IMG/VR virus record: IMGVR_UViG_3300030105_002498
Span: 1-64,000 of that record
DNA: 64,000 bases
Source: a virus
Direction: 5' to 3' (one strand)
Part shown: piece after piece, positions 8,288 to 16,760 of the stretch
Layout: each line of letters opens with the position of its first letter
Position numbering within the stretch: position 1 is the stretch's first letter
Translations under genes and position numbers: made by a program
Notes under the pieces: model-generated
What the model saw: the letters and a program-made list of their open reading frames with translations, nothing else
Database searches by the model: none
Told to the model about the DNA's origin: nothing

Positions 8288-9366
8288 ATCAGTCTTTTTT
8301 CAGTTAAATAATCTTTCAAGACTCTTTCACCTTTTCTATAGAATAAATCCGCAGGGTCAGTTATCTTGAGTTTTCTGAGTTCTTCAGGTAAGTAAAGGAA
8401 TGTTGCTTTAGGTTGTTCAAACAACTTATTAATAGTTTTAGCTACTTCTTGTGAAGCTTTAATACCAGTATCATCATTATCAAAAAATACAACAACTTTA
8501 TCAAATCTACTACATAAATCTTTAAGAGCCTTCTTATCAGGTGTTTGTCCTTCATTTTGAAACCACACAACATTTAAGCCTAAGTTTCTAAGTACTCTAC
8601 AATCTTTATAAGATTTAGAAATTACCAATTGTCTACCTGATGATACAAGCCTTTTAAAGTCTCCAATATCATCATTGTTACAATTAGTAACGAACTTGTA
8701 TTTTTTATTTTTCTGATAAGGTCTGTAAATTTTTCTGTGGGAATCTCCGAAGTCTGTGTAAGCATAACCTAAATCTCCAACATTGAAAGTAAAGTCTCCT
8801 TTCTTCGTGTTTTTTAACTTTAACTTTTGTATAGGAAAAACTTTGTCTTCAATAAGGTTAGCTTTTGATATGCCATACTTACTCCAGTAAATACCATCTC
8901 TATTTTGCCAACCTCTAGTAGAAACAAATATCTTAACAGGTAAGACATGTTTTTTAACAACATTAGTTATAGATAACTCTCGTCTTTTAGGACCTTGATA
9001 CTCTTTGCCATCAATTAGTTTAGCTTTTATAAAACTTAAAACTTCGTACAAATTATTAAGTTTCTCGCTGACTTGGATTGCATCAAAACAATCTATGTTT
9101 TTCATTTTGATTCTTCCATACTTAGATGGATTACCAAAATCCTTAAATCTTAATTTGTTGTTATAATACTCAAACCAACATCCAGGGTTATTGTCATTTA
9201 GTCTTGGGTCATCACTCACCCTAAAAGGAGAAGTCACATATTGAAACTCTTCAGGTTCAAAGTCAAAGACTAAAGAAAAAATCTCTTCTTGAGATATATA
9301 TTTAAGAATGGTGTTCTTATCAATATATCCTATTGGGTCTAAATCATCAGTCTTTTGATTACACAT
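8284..9366 (-). CDS. DNA primase (TOPRIM, crAss-type)
   Basis: SPFR, FKDFG, ISKSYKD, FQNEG, FFDNDDTG and DPAD motifs. Confidence 0.85.
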   Translation of the reverse strand: MCNQKTDDLDPIGYIDKNTILKYISQEEIFSLVFDFEPEEFQYVTSPFRVSDDPRLNDNNPGCWFEYYNNKLRFKDFGNPSKYGRIKMKNIDCFDAIQVSEKLNNLYEVLSFIKAKLIDGKEYQGPKRRELSITNVVKKHVLPVKIFVSTRGWQNRDGIYWSKYGISKANLIEDKVFPIQKLKLKNTKKGDFTFNVGDLGYAYTDFGDSHRKIYRPYQKNKKYKFVTNCNNDDIGDFKRLVSSGRQLVISKSYKDCRVLRNLGLNVVWFQNEGQTPDKKALKDLCSRFDKVVVFFDNDDTGIKASQEVAKTINKLFEQPKATFLYLPEELRKLKITDPADLFYRKGERVLKDYLTEKRLI

Positions 9367-9387
9367 AGATAAGATTTAAGATGAAAT

Positions 9388-9420
9388 AAAAGGAGTCTCC
9401 AAGGGGAAGAGACTCCTTTT
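9388..9420 (-). terminator. intrinsic terminator hairpin
   Basis: AAAAGGAGTCTC / GAGACTCCTTTT inverted repeat after 9443..10231. Confidence 0.75.
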
Positions 9421-9442
9421 TCATATACGGAAAATTATTTGA

Positions 9443-10231
9443 CTACCACTTTGACTTAGATGCTGCTTTTCCTGCATCAGCAGTAAAGTTCTCATTAGAA
9501 CCAACAGCTTGTCTTGGACCATTTTCTTGTCCTTCTTCTTGTAAGTAAGCTTTCTCTGAACCCATGAAGTTTGCATCTCTAGTGAATGGGTGTTCCACTC
9601 CTTCAGGTGTTACATACTTCAAGTTTCCTTCAAAACATTCTTTGAAGTCACCTCTGAAAGAAGGGCAGAAGAATCTTCCACCTTTCATATTTTTAGCTAA
9701 CTCTAAGAATGTTCTATCTTGACCATCAGCAATTTGCCATTGGTATTGCAAGAAAGTATCAATAGGAATTGTAGTATAAGTCTGAGGTAACAGACCACAT
9801 ACAATTTGCGCCCATGCAGCAAAGTTTGCAGCAGGTGTTGCTAGAGCAGCATCAAGACTAGCTTGAGTAACTCCTACAGCTTTAACTGCATGAATCACTA
9901 CAGCTTTTTGTTGCTTAATTTTCGTATTATAAGCAATAGTGTACTCATCTTCCCACTCTGCACCTGGTACTGGAGCTGGAATTTTGTCCCCACTTGCCCC
10001 AAACAAATCTCCAGTTACATCATAGATTCTACGATTGTATTCTCTGTCCCCAATTTTCACGTTGATGTCTACTGCATCAGCAGCAGCTCCATCTGCACCA
10101 GCAGTTGCATTATAGATAATCTTTGTGAAGAATACTCCAGAATTTAGACCAAATGCTCCACCTGTTTTTGATTTTAAGCTTTGGTCATTGTCATTAACTG
10201 TACCGAAACCTTCTCTTTGAATTTTTCCCAT
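9443..10231 (-). CDS. hypothetical protein, possibly single-stranded DNA-binding
   Basis: Lies between the Sak4-like ATPase and primase; flexible tail ending in W; followed by a terminator. Function inferred from context only. Confidence 0.5.
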   Translation of the reverse strand: MGKIQREGFGTVNDNDQSLKSKTGGAFGLNSGVFFTKIIYNATAGADGAAADAVDINVKIGDREYNRRIYDVTGDLFGASGDKIPAPVPGAEWEDEYTIAYNTKIKQQKAVVIHAVKAVGVTQASLDAALATPAANFAAWAQIVCGLLPQTYTTIPIDTFLQYQWQIADGQDRTFLELAKNMKGGRFFCPSFRGDFKECFEGNLKYVTPEGVEHPFTRDANFMGSEKAYLQEEGQENGPRQAVGSNENFTADAGKAASKSKW

Positions 10232-10288
10232 GTTAGGATATATTTTTTAAAATAATAAATGATAAAAATAGAAAACTCTCGGAATTTA

Positions 10289-10723
10289 TTACCCATTATT
10301 CCAACTAGAACGGGGTGTTTCTTGGGTAGCAGCTTCTTCGTCTACTACTTCTTCTTTTTCTTCTCTTTTAGTTCCTTCTTCAGTTACTTCATCAGTTGGT
10401 GAAGAATCATTATTTTCAAAAACTGTTAAACCTTCAAAAGCTTGCGCATCTTGATTAGCTTCTTCATCCATGATTGCAGCAGCTTCAACATCAGGAATAA
10501 CCAATGGAGTAGGTGCTAAAGAAACTTCGTTTTCATCATCTAAAACGACAAAAGTAGACACTTTAACTTTCTTAACTTTTCTTCCTTTCAACTTAGGGTG
10601 TTGAAATAATTCTTTACACTCTGTTTTAGTGATGCCATAGTATACTGCAATTGCATCTCGATCTTGACCATTTCCTAGCAATTCTAGGACTTTACTAATT
10701 CTAATTTGAATTTGATTGCTCAT
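10289..10723 (-). CDS. hypothetical protein (HTH-like N-terminus, very acidic tail)
   Basis: RDAIAVYYGITKTECKELF helix-turn-helix-like segment; Glu/Asp-rich C-terminus. Confidence 0.6.
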   Translation of the reverse strand: MSNQIQIRISKVLELLGNGQDRDAIAVYYGITKTECKELFQHPKLKGRKVKKVKVSTFVVLDDENEVSLAPTPLVIPDVEAAAIMDEEANQDAQAFEGLTVFENNDSSPTDEVTEEGTKREEKEEVVDEEAATQETPRSSWNNG

Positions 10724-10770
10724 TTTATAAAATTTTTAACGTTAAAATAAATAAATAAAATAGAAAACTC

Positions 10771-11445
10771 TTAAACTTCCATAAGTCTTTCAACAAGGAA
10801 CTGATAATCATTGTCAATGACAGCATCAAATGCTCCCATAGGACTTCTCCCTGTATTAGCTCCTGAATTCTCTGTGTAGAGAATATACCTTGTGTTACCT
10901 TCCTCTTTAATTACGTCAGAGTACAATACAGTTTCAAGTTTACCTTCAATCTGCATGTTTGTTGCCATATTACCAAGAGTCTTTAATCTCTTCTTCATAT
11001 CTGCACCAGTCTTGTAATCTTCAACATGTCCTGTAAGGATTGCAAACTTTTCATCTTCAAACATATCTCTTGATGCTACCTCATCAATATGGTCTCTGAT
11101 GTCCTTATAAGTCTTTGGGATTAAGTGATAAGGCATTGTAGGATTAAACTTCTTACCATACTCCGCTTTTCCTCCTGTCCATACAGGATTCTTGTTATCA
11201 GCATTGAACCAGATATTAGTCTGGCTAGGCAAGTTTCTCATTCCAGTAGATTTACCTGTTCCAGGTTCTCCTAAAATAAGAATAATTTCAAAGCCTTTCT
11301 CTTGAAAGTAAGATATAAGTTTCCAAATATCTTGTCCATAATCCTTCCACTTATCATGGTTGGCTTTCTTACTGCTTGTCATGTACATCTCATTTTGAAT
11401 ACCAGTAAGAGTATCAACGCAGATGGTTCTGATTTTTTCAGACAT
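10771..11445 (-). CDS. AAA_24/Sak4-like P-loop ATPase (probable start 11445)
   Basis: ILGEPGTGKST, ILTGH, KTLG, IEG, RSPMG and IDND motifs; a Walker B-like ICVD lies N-terminal to Walker A. Confidence 0.8.
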   Translation of the reverse strand: MSEKIRTICVDTLTGIQNEMYMTSSKKANHDKWKDYGQDIWKLISYFQEKGFEIILILGEPGTGKSTGMRNLPSQTNIWFNADNKNPVWTGGKAEYGKKFNPTMPYHLIPKTYKDIRDHIDEVASRDMFEDEKFAILTGHVEDYKTGADMKKRLKTLGNMATNMQIEGKLETVLYSDVIKEEGNTRYILYTENSGANTGRSPMGAFDAVIDNDYQFLVERLMEV

Positions 11446-11461
11446 AAATAATAAAATTTTA

Positions 11462-12589
11462 CTAATCAATTTCCAATTTCTCAAAACTCTTATATGCCCC
11501 TGCCATATTAACTCTAAAATGCTGTGGAAATTCACAATGTCGTGACTCCACTAAATGAACTGTTCGCATCTTAGGATATAATTCATTCCCTCCTTTGTCT
11601 TTTATTTCTTTACCAAAATGTTTAGATAGGTTATATCTTTCATCATTAGGGTTGAAGAGTGTAAAAACATAATCTGCATCCTCTGCAAGATTACCAGTAT
11701 CTTTTATATCATCTGAGTTGGGGTACAATAAATCACTAAACTCCTTAATCCTGTCCAATTGAGTCATGTTTCTGTTAAGATGTATTATGTCAACAAAAGT
11801 CCATTGACACCAGTTTCTTATTTCAACCTGGTATTCTATGTACTTGTCAACAGCTTGCTTCTTTTGGAAACCTCTCTCAAGGAGTATTTTTCTCAAGTGG
11901 TCAGTAATAACAATAGTAAATTTTTTAGGGTCATGAGGATTATATCCTGTGATTCTCCTACCTTTACCCATTTTTACATAGTTAAACTTACCATGTTTTT
12001 CAGCATGAGCCAAAAAGAATTTATAATAGCCAGTAGGGTTATCTTTTTGTTCTATAAAAGTCATTATGCCAGGAACTATACAAACACCATTGGTACTGTA
12101 CTCCCCAAAAATAGGGATTATTCTTCTGTCATAAACATCTTTTAAAGGTTCAAGAAGTATCTCTTTGACTTTAATAATATTCTCATTATCATCCTGAAGT
12201 CTACCTCTCAAGTAGTTAGCACTAAGTTCAACATCATCACTACCATTTCTTGTCACACCTGGAGGTAAGGAAATATGAGTAATTCCATAGTCCAAGAAAA
12301 GAAAGTGGGCAGCATATTCAAATTCTTTGCTAACTCTGTCAATCTCTAAAGATAAATAAATGACTTCTAAGGGAGTGTTACTTGCTATAGCATCAAGTAT
12401 AGGATTTATGACAAATCCATTATCAACGAATGTTGACTTACCTGCTTTAGGTGCAGCTCCAACTCCGTAGAGTCTTCCTTTCTGCACTCCATTAATAGCA
12501 TTAGAAATATGGGATAGTCCTTTACCCATAGATAGTCCTTTGTTACCTTCAGCTTGACCTTTCTTAAACTCTTCTATAAAATTACTCAT
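11462..12589 (-). CDS. DnaB-like replicative helicase
   Basis: AAPKAGKSTF, LSLEI, ITDH, IHLNR and DIKDTGNLAEDADYV match DnaB motifs H1-H4. Confidence 0.88.
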   Translation of the reverse strand: MSNFIEEFKKGQAEGNKGLSMGKGLSHISNAINGVQKGRLYGVGAAPKAGKSTFVDNGFVINPILDAIASNTPLEVIYLSLEIDRVSKEFEYAAHFLFLDYGITHISLPPGVTRNGSDDVELSANYLRGRLQDDNENIIKVKEILLEPLKDVYDRRIIPIFGEYSTNGVCIVPGIMTFIEQKDNPTGYYKFFLAHAEKHGKFNYVKMGKGRRITGYNPHDPKKFTIVITDHLRKILLERGFQKKQAVDKYIEYQVEIRNWCQWTFVDIIHLNRNMTQLDRIKEFSDLLYPNSDDIKDTGNLAEDADYVFTLFNPNDERYNLSKHFGKEIKDKGGNELYPKMRTVHLVESRHCEFPQHFRVNMAGAYKSFEKLEID

Positions 12590-12590
12590 T

Positions 12591-13142
12591 CTACTTCATG
12601 GTTATGGATTTACTAACTCTCTCTTTATTTATAAACTTTCTGTCTTTCGCTAAATCTACAAAAGTTAAGATTGGATTAGTTTTGTCTGTCCCTTTTCCTT
12701 TTTGAATAAAGTAGTGGGGGTTACTGACAAACTTAGCTTGTCTCCTCTCTTGCTGACAACTCATAATATAAAGTTGTGTAGCTTCAAGGATTAAATCTTT
12801 ATGTAGTTCAGGAAACTCAAGTAATAAAGCTTGCATTCGATTAACACACTCTCTCTTGTATTTGTTATGTTTTTGAAAGGGTTCAAAGAGAATTAAGTAT
12901 TCATCTTTAACCCAGTCTAATCCCATATCAAGATTTTCAAAGAGAGAAATTTTCCAATCAAGAGACTTTAGAGTTTTGTCAAACTTGACAATATTCAGAA
13001 TATGGAGTTTTTGTTTAAGACCTTCAGGAACATAGGAAACTTCATATCCAAGATATAAAGATACTAAATAACAAATAGAATCTCCAACATGAAAGCCACT
13101 TTCTCGTAAAAATTTAATTAAATCTGGATTAATTTTTCTCAT
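12591..13142 (-). CDS. hypothetical protein upstream of the DnaB-like helicase
   Basis: 183-aa ORF ending 1 nt before the helicase start. Confidence 0.6.
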   Translation of the reverse strand: MRKINPDLIKFLRESGFHVGDSICYLVSLYLGYEVSYVPEGLKQKLHILNIVKFDKTLKSLDWKISLFENLDMGLDWVKDEYLILFEPFQKHNKYKRECVNRMQALLLEFPELHKDLILEATQLYIMSCQQERRQAKFVSNPHYFIQKGKGTDKTNPILTFVDLAKDRKFINKERVSKSITMK

Positions 13143-13236
13143 CTTTTCTTTTTGTTTATTTCGTAATATTCCAACACTTTTTTGATAAACTCATCCTTGT
13201 GGCTCTTAAAAATCTTAGCCACTTCTTTAGGTGTTA

Positions 13237-14313
13237 TCATACTGTGTCTAATTTTACAAAATAGTATTGTCTAACTCTATTAGAAAACTCTTTAGAAATT
13301 TGCTTCCACTCTAAGTTGTTAGCTTTCATGGCTTCATGTTCTTCAGTAATGATGTCATTAGCAACCCATTTTAATAAGGCTGGCATGTGCTTTTTCTCTG
13401 TAGCTCCTACTTCCATAATACCTTGTTCAATTCTATTTTCACTACAAGAGTAATCAATGAAATCTCCAACACTTTGAAGTAGTGCCTCATCAACTGGTGC
13501 AAGTTGCTTGATGCTTCTGCCACCAGTTACAGAATGTTTAATACCTTTTACTTTAAAGATATGTTTAGCACCATTAACAATAGCAGACCAAACTACACCT
13601 TCTCCAACACCTTTAAATCCTAAAGAAGCTGTTACAGGACAAAGGGATTCAACCCTGTTGGTAATTTCAATCAGAATGTTTTGTATAGCAGCAGGAGTAT
13701 TGAAATCAATATCAAGTTCAAACTTAGGAAAATTATGGATATTGTAAATATCTTCAACAACAACTCTATCATATCCGTTATTTAACCATGATGCTTCCTC
13801 GGCAATTTTAATGCCACTAATATCTATCCAGATTTCTTCTTCTGTTACAGGATTCCAAATCAACAAATCAAATACATAGAAAGCTTTCTCTCTTTCAGAA
13901 ATTCCAACTCCTTTCTGTACACCTTTTCCTGCCCACTCTCCAAATAGATGCATCTGGTCTCCCTCAAAACATTCATACTTGTCCCACCAGAGCCTAAATA
14001 AATGAGTAAAATACTCTTTATTAGTAAGCTGGACAAACTGATTAAATCCGAAATGGGCATTTTTAGAAGAGAAATCATCAGCCTCAAGTAAAGAAGTTCT
14101 TTTCTGTGCTACAATACCTTCTTTAGGAGTGTAAGCAATCCCAGCATTTGTTCCATGTAACTTAACTGTCCCCTCAAAAGTAATAGTAGGTTTTTCGTAA
14201 GTATTGTAAACAGGGTCTCCATTTTCATCAGTATACGCATAGTTAGCTGTATGTTGAATGTCCCTGATTACATCTTTAAATTGTCTAATCTTGTGGTATG
14301 CTTTGAATTCCAT
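13237..14313 (-). CDS. RNA ligase (Rnl2-like nucleotidyltransferase)
   Basis: KLHGTN (motif I), FGEWAG, FYVFD, GEGVVW, FKVKG. Confidence 0.85.
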   Translation of the reverse strand: MEFKAYHKIRQFKDVIRDIQHTANYAYTDENGDPVYNTYEKPTITFEGTVKLHGTNAGIAYTPKEGIVAQKRTSLLEADDFSSKNAHFGFNQFVQLTNKEYFTHLFRLWWDKYECFEGDQMHLFGEWAGKGVQKGVGISEREKAFYVFDLLIWNPVTEEEIWIDISGIKIAEEASWLNNGYDRVVVEDIYNIHNFPKFELDIDFNTPAAIQNILIEITNRVESLCPVTASLGFKGVGEGVVWSAIVNGAKHIFKVKGIKHSVTGGRSIKQLAPVDEALLQSVGDFIDYSCSENRIEQGIMEVGATEKKHMPALLKWVANDIITEEHEAMKANNLEWKQISKEFSNRVRQYYFVKLDTV

Positions 14314-15598
14314 TAGTTATGCTTTTTAGATGTTTATAAATAATTTTACTTTTATCAAAACTCGCTAGTGTTCGTTGTACCCATACTTCATCTTGGGTGT
14401 CCTTTATACAAAGCAGCCAAATCTTAGCTATGTAATTCTTTTGACTTAATAGAGTCCTACAAATCTTTTGAGATGTTGAACCATTCTTATCAGAATCACA
14501 TTGCACTAGTATTAAGTTATCCAGGTTCTTATAAGTGTAACCTGTCCCTCCTGTATTCACCATAGCTATTGTATCAATCTCATCTTTCTGAAATTGTAAT
14601 AACTTGGTGTTGTCTGTTTTACTGTGGTAAGTAGCATTAGGATGAATTTCTTCAGCTTGAGCTATACTATTACAGAAAATCAATTTCTTAGTGTCTTTTA
14701 GTTCTTCAATAAGAGCTTTTGTTACAACCTCTTTAAGTTCTGAATTACCAATGGCTTGCTTTCTTCCAATCAATAATGAAGCATGATATGGAGTATGTAA
14801 CTTGTCTTTAGTAATTCTATACAGAACTCCTTCAAGTGTTACCTTACCAGTATATGTACCATCATCTTGTATTACAAAGTATCCAAGAGAACTTCCACTT
14901 GCTCCAATAATAGCAAACAATCTTCCACCATATTTACTAGTCTTCTCTGCTAGACCTAGAGTACCATTTAATCCTCCAGTTAAAGTTAGCATTCCTTCTC
15001 CATCAAAGACAACCTTTGCCATAGTCTTAGAATTAATTGCAGCTTGAATCCTATTATACTTAGTCAGTAATTCCTTAATAGGATTAATCATAAGTACAGT
15101 AACTTCATAGTTTGCAAGTATTCCCATATCAACAGCTTCATTAATAGGCATCTCATATAAAATCTCTAATTCCAATTGTTTATACAATTCCAACTTATTC
15201 TTATGTTTTGTTGGTGTACCTGTCATAGATAAAATAGATTCATAATCTAATAACCTATCAAATAAAGCAATAGAATTTAACTCAGTTAAAGCTTGTTCTT
15301 CATCGAGTATTATCAATTCAAAATAGCCTTTTATTTTACTTAAAGAACTATATGTAACAGTAGTCAATTTTTTCAAGTATCTTTTTGCTCCCCATTTCTC
15401 AAACTCTTCAGGTATGTCAACCTTAGATAGTTTAGCAGAAGGTGTTACCCATAGGATTGACTCAGGCTTAAATTTCTTTATAGCCATGATTGCAATCTTA
15501 GTCTTACCTACTCTAGGAGCAAGTAACAACCTACCATGAAGTTGTTCAACTTGAGATACTACATTCTTCTGGATTGCAGTTTTATCTTTATTCGTCAT
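14285..15598 (-). CDS. SF2 (DExx-box) helicase
   Basis: APRVGKT, IILDEEQ, MTGTP, LIFCNS, GGTGY, QKICR. Confidence 0.8.
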   Translation of the reverse strand: MTNKDKTAIQKNVVSQVEQLHGRLLLAPRVGKTKIAIMAIKKFKPESILWVTPSAKLSKVDIPEEFEKWGAKRYLKKLTTVTYSSLSKIKGYFELIILDEEQALTELNSIALFDRLLDYESILSMTGTPTKHKNKLELYKQLELEILYEMPINEAVDMGILANYEVTVLMINPIKELLTKYNRIQAAINSKTMAKVVFDGEGMLTLTGGLNGTLGLAEKTSKYGGRLFAIIGASGSSLGYFVIQDDGTYTGKVTLEGVLYRITKDKLHTPYHASLLIGRKQAIGNSELKEVVTKALIEELKDTKKLIFCNSIAQAEEIHPNATYHSKTDNTKLLQFQKDEIDTIAMVNTGGTGYTYKNLDNLILVQCDSDKNGSTSQKICRTLLSQKNYIAKIWLLCIKDTQDEVWVQRTLASFDKSKIIYKHLKSITNGIQSIPQD

Positions 15599-15806
15599 TT
15601 CCCTCCCACATTACACTTACGATCCATAGAGTAAAGAGTAAAAGTGTTGCAGTTGGCAATACAAATATTCCTATGATAGTATCGTATGATAAAATAACTT
15701 GACCTTGTTTAACCTCTCCCCAAATATGGAGAGAACAACAGATGCCAAGAACAGTCATAAGTCCGAAGATTATAATAGTAAAAATTTTTTTCATTCCTTT
15801 TAGCAT
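15588..15806 (-). CDS. small membrane protein
   Basis: Two hydrophobic helices; overlaps neighbours as in an operon. Confidence 0.6.
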   Translation of the reverse strand: MLKGMKKIFTIIIFGLMTVLGICCSLHIWGEVKQGQVILSYDTIIGIFVLPTATLLLFTLWIVSVMWEGNDE

Positions 15807-16045
15807 AATAAAAGTGTTTTAAGGTTAGGTTTAATGTAAGTGTAATGAGCCATGATGTGTTTATTAGTATAACCATCCTTATCTGCTGTCCCCATATTTC
15901 TATTAAGACTAGCAAAAATTACGTCATCTCTATTCTTGATTTCTATGTAATGCTGCATAGCATCAACATATTTATCAAAACCAGTAATTTGATTTCTATT
16001 CTTTCCAGTACCACCCATTATTATAACGTAAGCAATTATCCACAT
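15800..16045 (-). CDS. hypothetical protein
   Basis: 81-aa ORF in the operon; weakly resembles its upstream neighbour (MW-I start, ASL/ANI segment). Confidence 0.55.
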   Translation of the reverse strand: MWIIAYVIIMGGTGKNRNQITGFDKYVDAMQHYIEIKNRDDVIFASLNRNMGTADKDGYTNKHIMAHYTYIKPNLKTLLLC

Positions 16046-16299
16046 AATAATAAAATTTTAAAACTGGGTTTATAAGATGTTGTTTTACAAAAAGAAAGTT
16101 CGGCATCATTCCAAAATCCTTCCACATGATGTGGTTCAGTACTTTGTGTAATAACAGAAATATTAGCTGAGTAAATATCATCATAAGTCATTAGATTATC
16201 ATAGTATTCTTTAGCTTCCTTTTCTGTTTCATGTACACACCAAGAATCTGTTAATTCTCCAGTCATACAATCTTTAATAGTTGATGATATTAGCCACAT
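16036..16299 (-). CDS. hypothetical protein
   Basis: 87-aa ORF in the operon. Confidence 0.55.
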   Translation of the reverse strand: MWLISSTIKDCMTGELTDSWCVHETEKEAKEYYDNLMTYDDIYSANISVITQSTEPHHVEGFWNDAELSFCKTTSYKPSFKILLLCG

Positions 16300-16302
16300 A
16301 AG

Positions 16303-16551
16303 TCAAGATATTTTGTTACGTTGATTAAATGAAAGCATCATTGCTTGTTGTCTAATTCCCCACTTTCTTGTTAAGACATCGGGTAAATAACTATCAAACA
16401 TGATACATCTATCTGCCATCCTTTTTGCATCAAAAGTACTCATCCTTCCTTCGATAAGACCTTCTTTATCTGCAAAAGATAAAATAACATCTGCAAGCTC
16501 TTTTAAACTCTTTGTAAAGTTGACAGCTTGGTATTTTTCTAATTCATTCAT
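16303..16551 (-). CDS. hypothetical protein
   Basis: 82-aa ORF containing LTRKWGIRQQA. Confidence 0.6.
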   Translation of the reverse strand: MNELEKYQAVNFTKSLKELADVILSFADKEGLIEGRMSTFDAKRMADRCIMFDSYLPDVLTRKWGIRQQAMMLSFNQRNKIS

Positions 16552-16554
16552 AAG

Positions 16555-16722
16555 TCATTCAAATTTAAAGTGTTCAATTAAAAAATAAATAGCAAATAAA
16601 AGTGGGATAAGGATGCCTATAAATATATAGACTAAGACTGCAAATCTTTTTCTATCACTATCCATCTTTTGTAAATTGTCTTGTCTCTCTTTGGAGATTC
16701 TTTCACGGTCTTGGTCATTCAT
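16555..16722 (-). CDS. small single-pass membrane protein (55 aa, not in ORF track)
   Basis: Hand translation MNDQDRERISKERQDNLQKMDSDRKRFAVLVYIFIGILIPLLFAIYFLIEHFKFE fills the gap after the polymerase. Confidence 0.55.
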   Translation of the reverse strand: MNDQDRERISKERQDNLQKMDSDRKRFAVLVYIFIGILIPLLFAIYFLIEHFKFE

Positions 16723-16760
16723 AATCGGGGGGATTTTTATGGGTTAAAAAATTTTGTTTA

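Noticed and set aside
10265-10771. 15-bp repeat AAAATAGAAAACTCT at 10265 and 10757
   Set aside because: Low-complexity intergenic sequence with only two clear copies; insufficient support for a function.
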